A DNA stretch of 9,695 bases from Octopus sinensis (taxonomy: Eukaryota), in assembly GCF_006345805.1 (NCBI RefSeq), contig NW_021827823.1, forward strand, positions 1 through 9,695, written 5' to 3'. The number at the start of each line of letters is the position of its first letter. The first letter of the stretch is position 1. The position numbers and the translations under genes were made by a program. Shown here piece after piece: positions 7,308 through 9,695 of this stretch. Below the pieces are notes generated by a model, which saw only the letters and a list, made by a program, of their open reading frames with translations, had not been told where the DNA came from and made no database searches.

Positions 7308-8102
7308 AAGATATCACGATTTAGGCAGGGCCCTTCATCAAATTTAGGAATCTATTTTGTTAAACATTAAAAGACAAATCAATATAGTAGCAGATTATGC
7401 TATTAAAAATCATTAACATTGTGGTTCTCTATGAACTTCCGTTCTTTAAATTTCTCTTAAGAAAACTAATGAAAATAATATTTATTTTCCCTAGTAAAAA
7501 ATAGCAAAAAGAAAACAAAACGTATAAATATTGTGCAATTCAGCCATATTGCATTATTTAGTTAGTTACTTAGTTAATTTTTGGCTCAAAAAGCAAAAAG
7601 CAAGGCCATGTAGGGGGACATGGAGTTATGTACAGGGTGGTGTTCATATAAAGAGTTCAGGACACTTGTGGTCAAGGGAGACTTTGAACCGAGCGGTCGT
7701 CGGCATCTTCACCATCTCTTCCGGCAGCTTATTCCACGGATCCGCAACCCGGACGGAGTTCGCCAAGGTCATAATGCAGCGTTTGTAACAAATTTGTCAC
7801 CCACTGGTAAGATATCACGATTTAGGCAGGGTCCTTCATCAAATTTAGGAAACTATTTTGTTAAACATAAAAAAAAAACAAATCAAAATAGTAGCTGATA
7901 ATGCAATTAAAAATCATTAACATTGTGGTTTTCTATGAACTTCCGTTCTTTAAATTTCTCTTAAGAAAACTAACGAAAAAATATTTATTTTCCCTTGTAA
8001 AAAAAAACAAAACGTATAAATGTTGTGCAATTCAGCCATATTGCCTTATTTGTTTTCGCCAAGGTCACACTGCAGCGTTTGTGACAAATTTGTCACCCAC
8101 TG
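7308..8102. repeat. Tandem duplication of a ~295-bp unit (copy 1: 7308-7806 including a LINE insert; copy 2: 7809-8102)
   Basis: Both copies begin aagatatcacgatttaggcaggg and end ttcgccaaggtca...caaatttgtcacccactg. They are highly similar, with scattered substitutions and poly-A length indels. Confidence 0.95.
7560..7758 (-). mobile_element. 5'-truncated CR1/L2-group LINE 3' end
   Basis: Minus 7757-7644 encodes SVRVADPWNKLPEEMVKMPTTARFKVSLDHKCPELFI*, the typical CR1 C-terminal FSxRVxxxWNxLP...FKxxLD motif. A 3' UTR hairpin CCATGT-ccccct-ACATGG (7623-7606) and a TAAC/TAAG-repeat tail follow. The insert is absent from duplicate copy 2. Confidence 0.9.
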
Positions 8103-8286
8103 TCTCGAAGGTATGAAATCGAAAATTCATCGAGTCAACCTGTTGCCTGTCTGTTCACTAGCGTTGTAATTAAAATAGCAAATAGGCGTAAATACATTGT
8201 CAAGTGACATACTTGAGATCAAGAGAGCACATTACAATATGATGCAATCATATAAAATTGTGTATTGCGTTTGTAAATGTTGTAAT

Positions 8287-8309
8287 CCGGAAGTAGATGT
8301 CGCCATTTT
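8287..8309. promoter_or_regulatory. Candidate housekeeping-type core promoter (ETS + YY1 motifs)
   Basis: CCGGAAGT (8287-8294, ETS/GABP consensus) lies 6 nt from CGCCATTTT (8301-8309, YY1 consensus AAAATGGCG on the minus strand), in a non-repetitive stretch with many CpGs by eye. Confidence 0.4.
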
Positions 8310-8481
8310 CTCTGTGCAGAATCGGTTTGTTTATGAACGGCGGATGCGAAGTATCTTTGTAATTATCTTTCTTCATAAATGCAATCACTTGATGTCATGT
8401 GGCTGGTTTGTAATTCTCGGATTAGTTTAGATTTCGAATGAGCGAATCTGTGTGTCTGTGTGTCACAGAGAGAAAGGGAGT

Positions 8482-8484
<3 letters not shown>

Positions 8485-8514
<30 letters not shown>
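8485..8514. repeat. (AG)15 microsatellite
   Basis: Read directly. Confidence 0.97.
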
Positions 8515-8519
<5 letters not shown>

Positions 8520-9360
8520 AGAGGGAAGGAGAGTAAGTGATGAGTGACTGAGTATTAAATGAAGAGTATATGAGATTGTAAAATAAAATCGACTTTACGA
8601 TTAAACAGTTTGACACCGACTCTATCTGTAATCACAGAGCGAAATGGTTCTAACAACTAGATATAATATGCTATTAACTCGGTAGACTTTGGAATTTCGG
8701 AGTTCGATCAAAGAGCAAAAATCAGCAATTTCTCAAAAGGATAGGCTTGATACTTCAGAAATATCGGAAATTACGTATGATATATACATGTTCAATACCG
8801 TGATAAAATGATATTAGTGATGTTGATAAAGCTATCAATGGTGTTAATTATGACGATTTACTTTTCGGTGTATAAACAGCCAGAATATTCTGATTCTTTT
8901 GCTTCTTTCGGTGATATTAAAAGCTTTGCTTTAAATGATTTCTATAGAACGATGCTATGTGTTTTGATATACGAATTTTTTTTATAGAACATTTGTTGTG
9001 ATGGCAACAAGAATAATACAGAACTTTGTATGTGTAAACGTATGAATATATGTATGTACGTACGAATCTTCTGTATTTAATCATTTAAAATCTTCGTCTG
9101 AAGAAGGAGCTGGTTTCTAACAAAGATACAAAGCTCCATCTTTGGAATGTAGATAACGAAAACAATATCAGTTTAAACCTAAGAAAAGTCTTGCATAGTT
9201 TTACTGTTCCGCTTACAGAGTATATTTGTAATGTACGAAACAGTTGGATGATTTCTTTCCCCTTGAAAATCCAAGCTTATCCAGACTGACAGTCAGGTAT
9301 TTACTTTCAAACCCAAGGGCTCCAATTATTATTATGTATATCATTATTCAGTTTATTTGA

Positions 9361-9449
9361 AGAGTTCTTGCCAATAGAAAAAGAACCGATTTCTAACCTA
9401 GATCCAAGGCTCCTTCATTGGAATTTCAACATCAACAACAGGTTATTTT
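9361..9449 (+). mobile_element. Possible short 3' end of a non-LTR element with (TGTA)n tail
   Basis: A unique ~90-nt segment runs directly into (TGTA)n, the same arrangement as 3790-3990 but with a different sequence. No coding motif is visible and the 5' limit is a guess. Confidence 0.3.
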
Positions 9450-9600
9450 TGTATGTATGTATGTATGTATGTATGTATGTATGTATGTATGTATGTTGTA
9501 TGTATGTATGTATGTATTATGTATGTATGTATGTATTATGTATGTATGTTATGTATGTAGTATGTATGTATGTATGTATGTATGTTTGTATGTATGTATG
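9450..9600 (+). repeat. (GTAT)n microsatellite
   Basis: Read directly. Confidence 0.97.
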
Positions 9601-9695
9601 TGCAGATTGTATGTCTTGTCCCATATATGTATTCTCATGCACATAGCTACATATCTAGACATACTCATATATATTGAAATGATAAACTTCTGGAA

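Noticed and set aside
6897-7317. Four overlapping ORFs as real genes
   Set aside because: All run through the 5.8S rRNA fragment, so they are chance open frames over composite sequence.
7531-8116. + strand ORFs of 71-92 aa
   Set aside because: They are antisense to the CR1 remnant or run through the AT-rich duplicated unit, and show no protein motif.
9086-9253. Hammerhead-like CTGAAGA (9098) ... GAAACAGTT GGATGATTT
   Set aside because: Stem I is only partly complementary, there is no closing stem II pair across ~130 nt, and stem III has an impossible 1-nt loop. It may be a degenerate relic but is not supportable.

Overview
AT-rich eukaryotic (animal) DNA with no intact host protein-coding gene. 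The tRNA-derived SINE, the huge (TA)n/(GTAT)n tracts and a divergent 5.8S fragment suggest an octopus or other coleoid cephalopod; this is an inference from my recall of these repeat families. The window is a nested graveyard of mobile elements: a tRNA-SINE fused to a truncated Tc1 transposase, a 5'-truncated Penelope-like element (PLE) with a GIY-YIG domain, a complete-looking type I hammerhead ribozyme and an inverted terminal copy, an RTE LINE 3' end with three C2H2 fingers, a mariner MITE, two tail-to-tail PLE-like 3' ends with non-canonical hammerhead-like motifs, a 103-nt 5.8S rRNA fragment lying antisense within one of them, and a ~295-bp tandem duplication in which only one copy carries a CR1 insertion. 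A candidate ETS+YY1 housekeeping-type promoter lies near 8290. Most listed ORFs are microsatellite or antisense artefacts.
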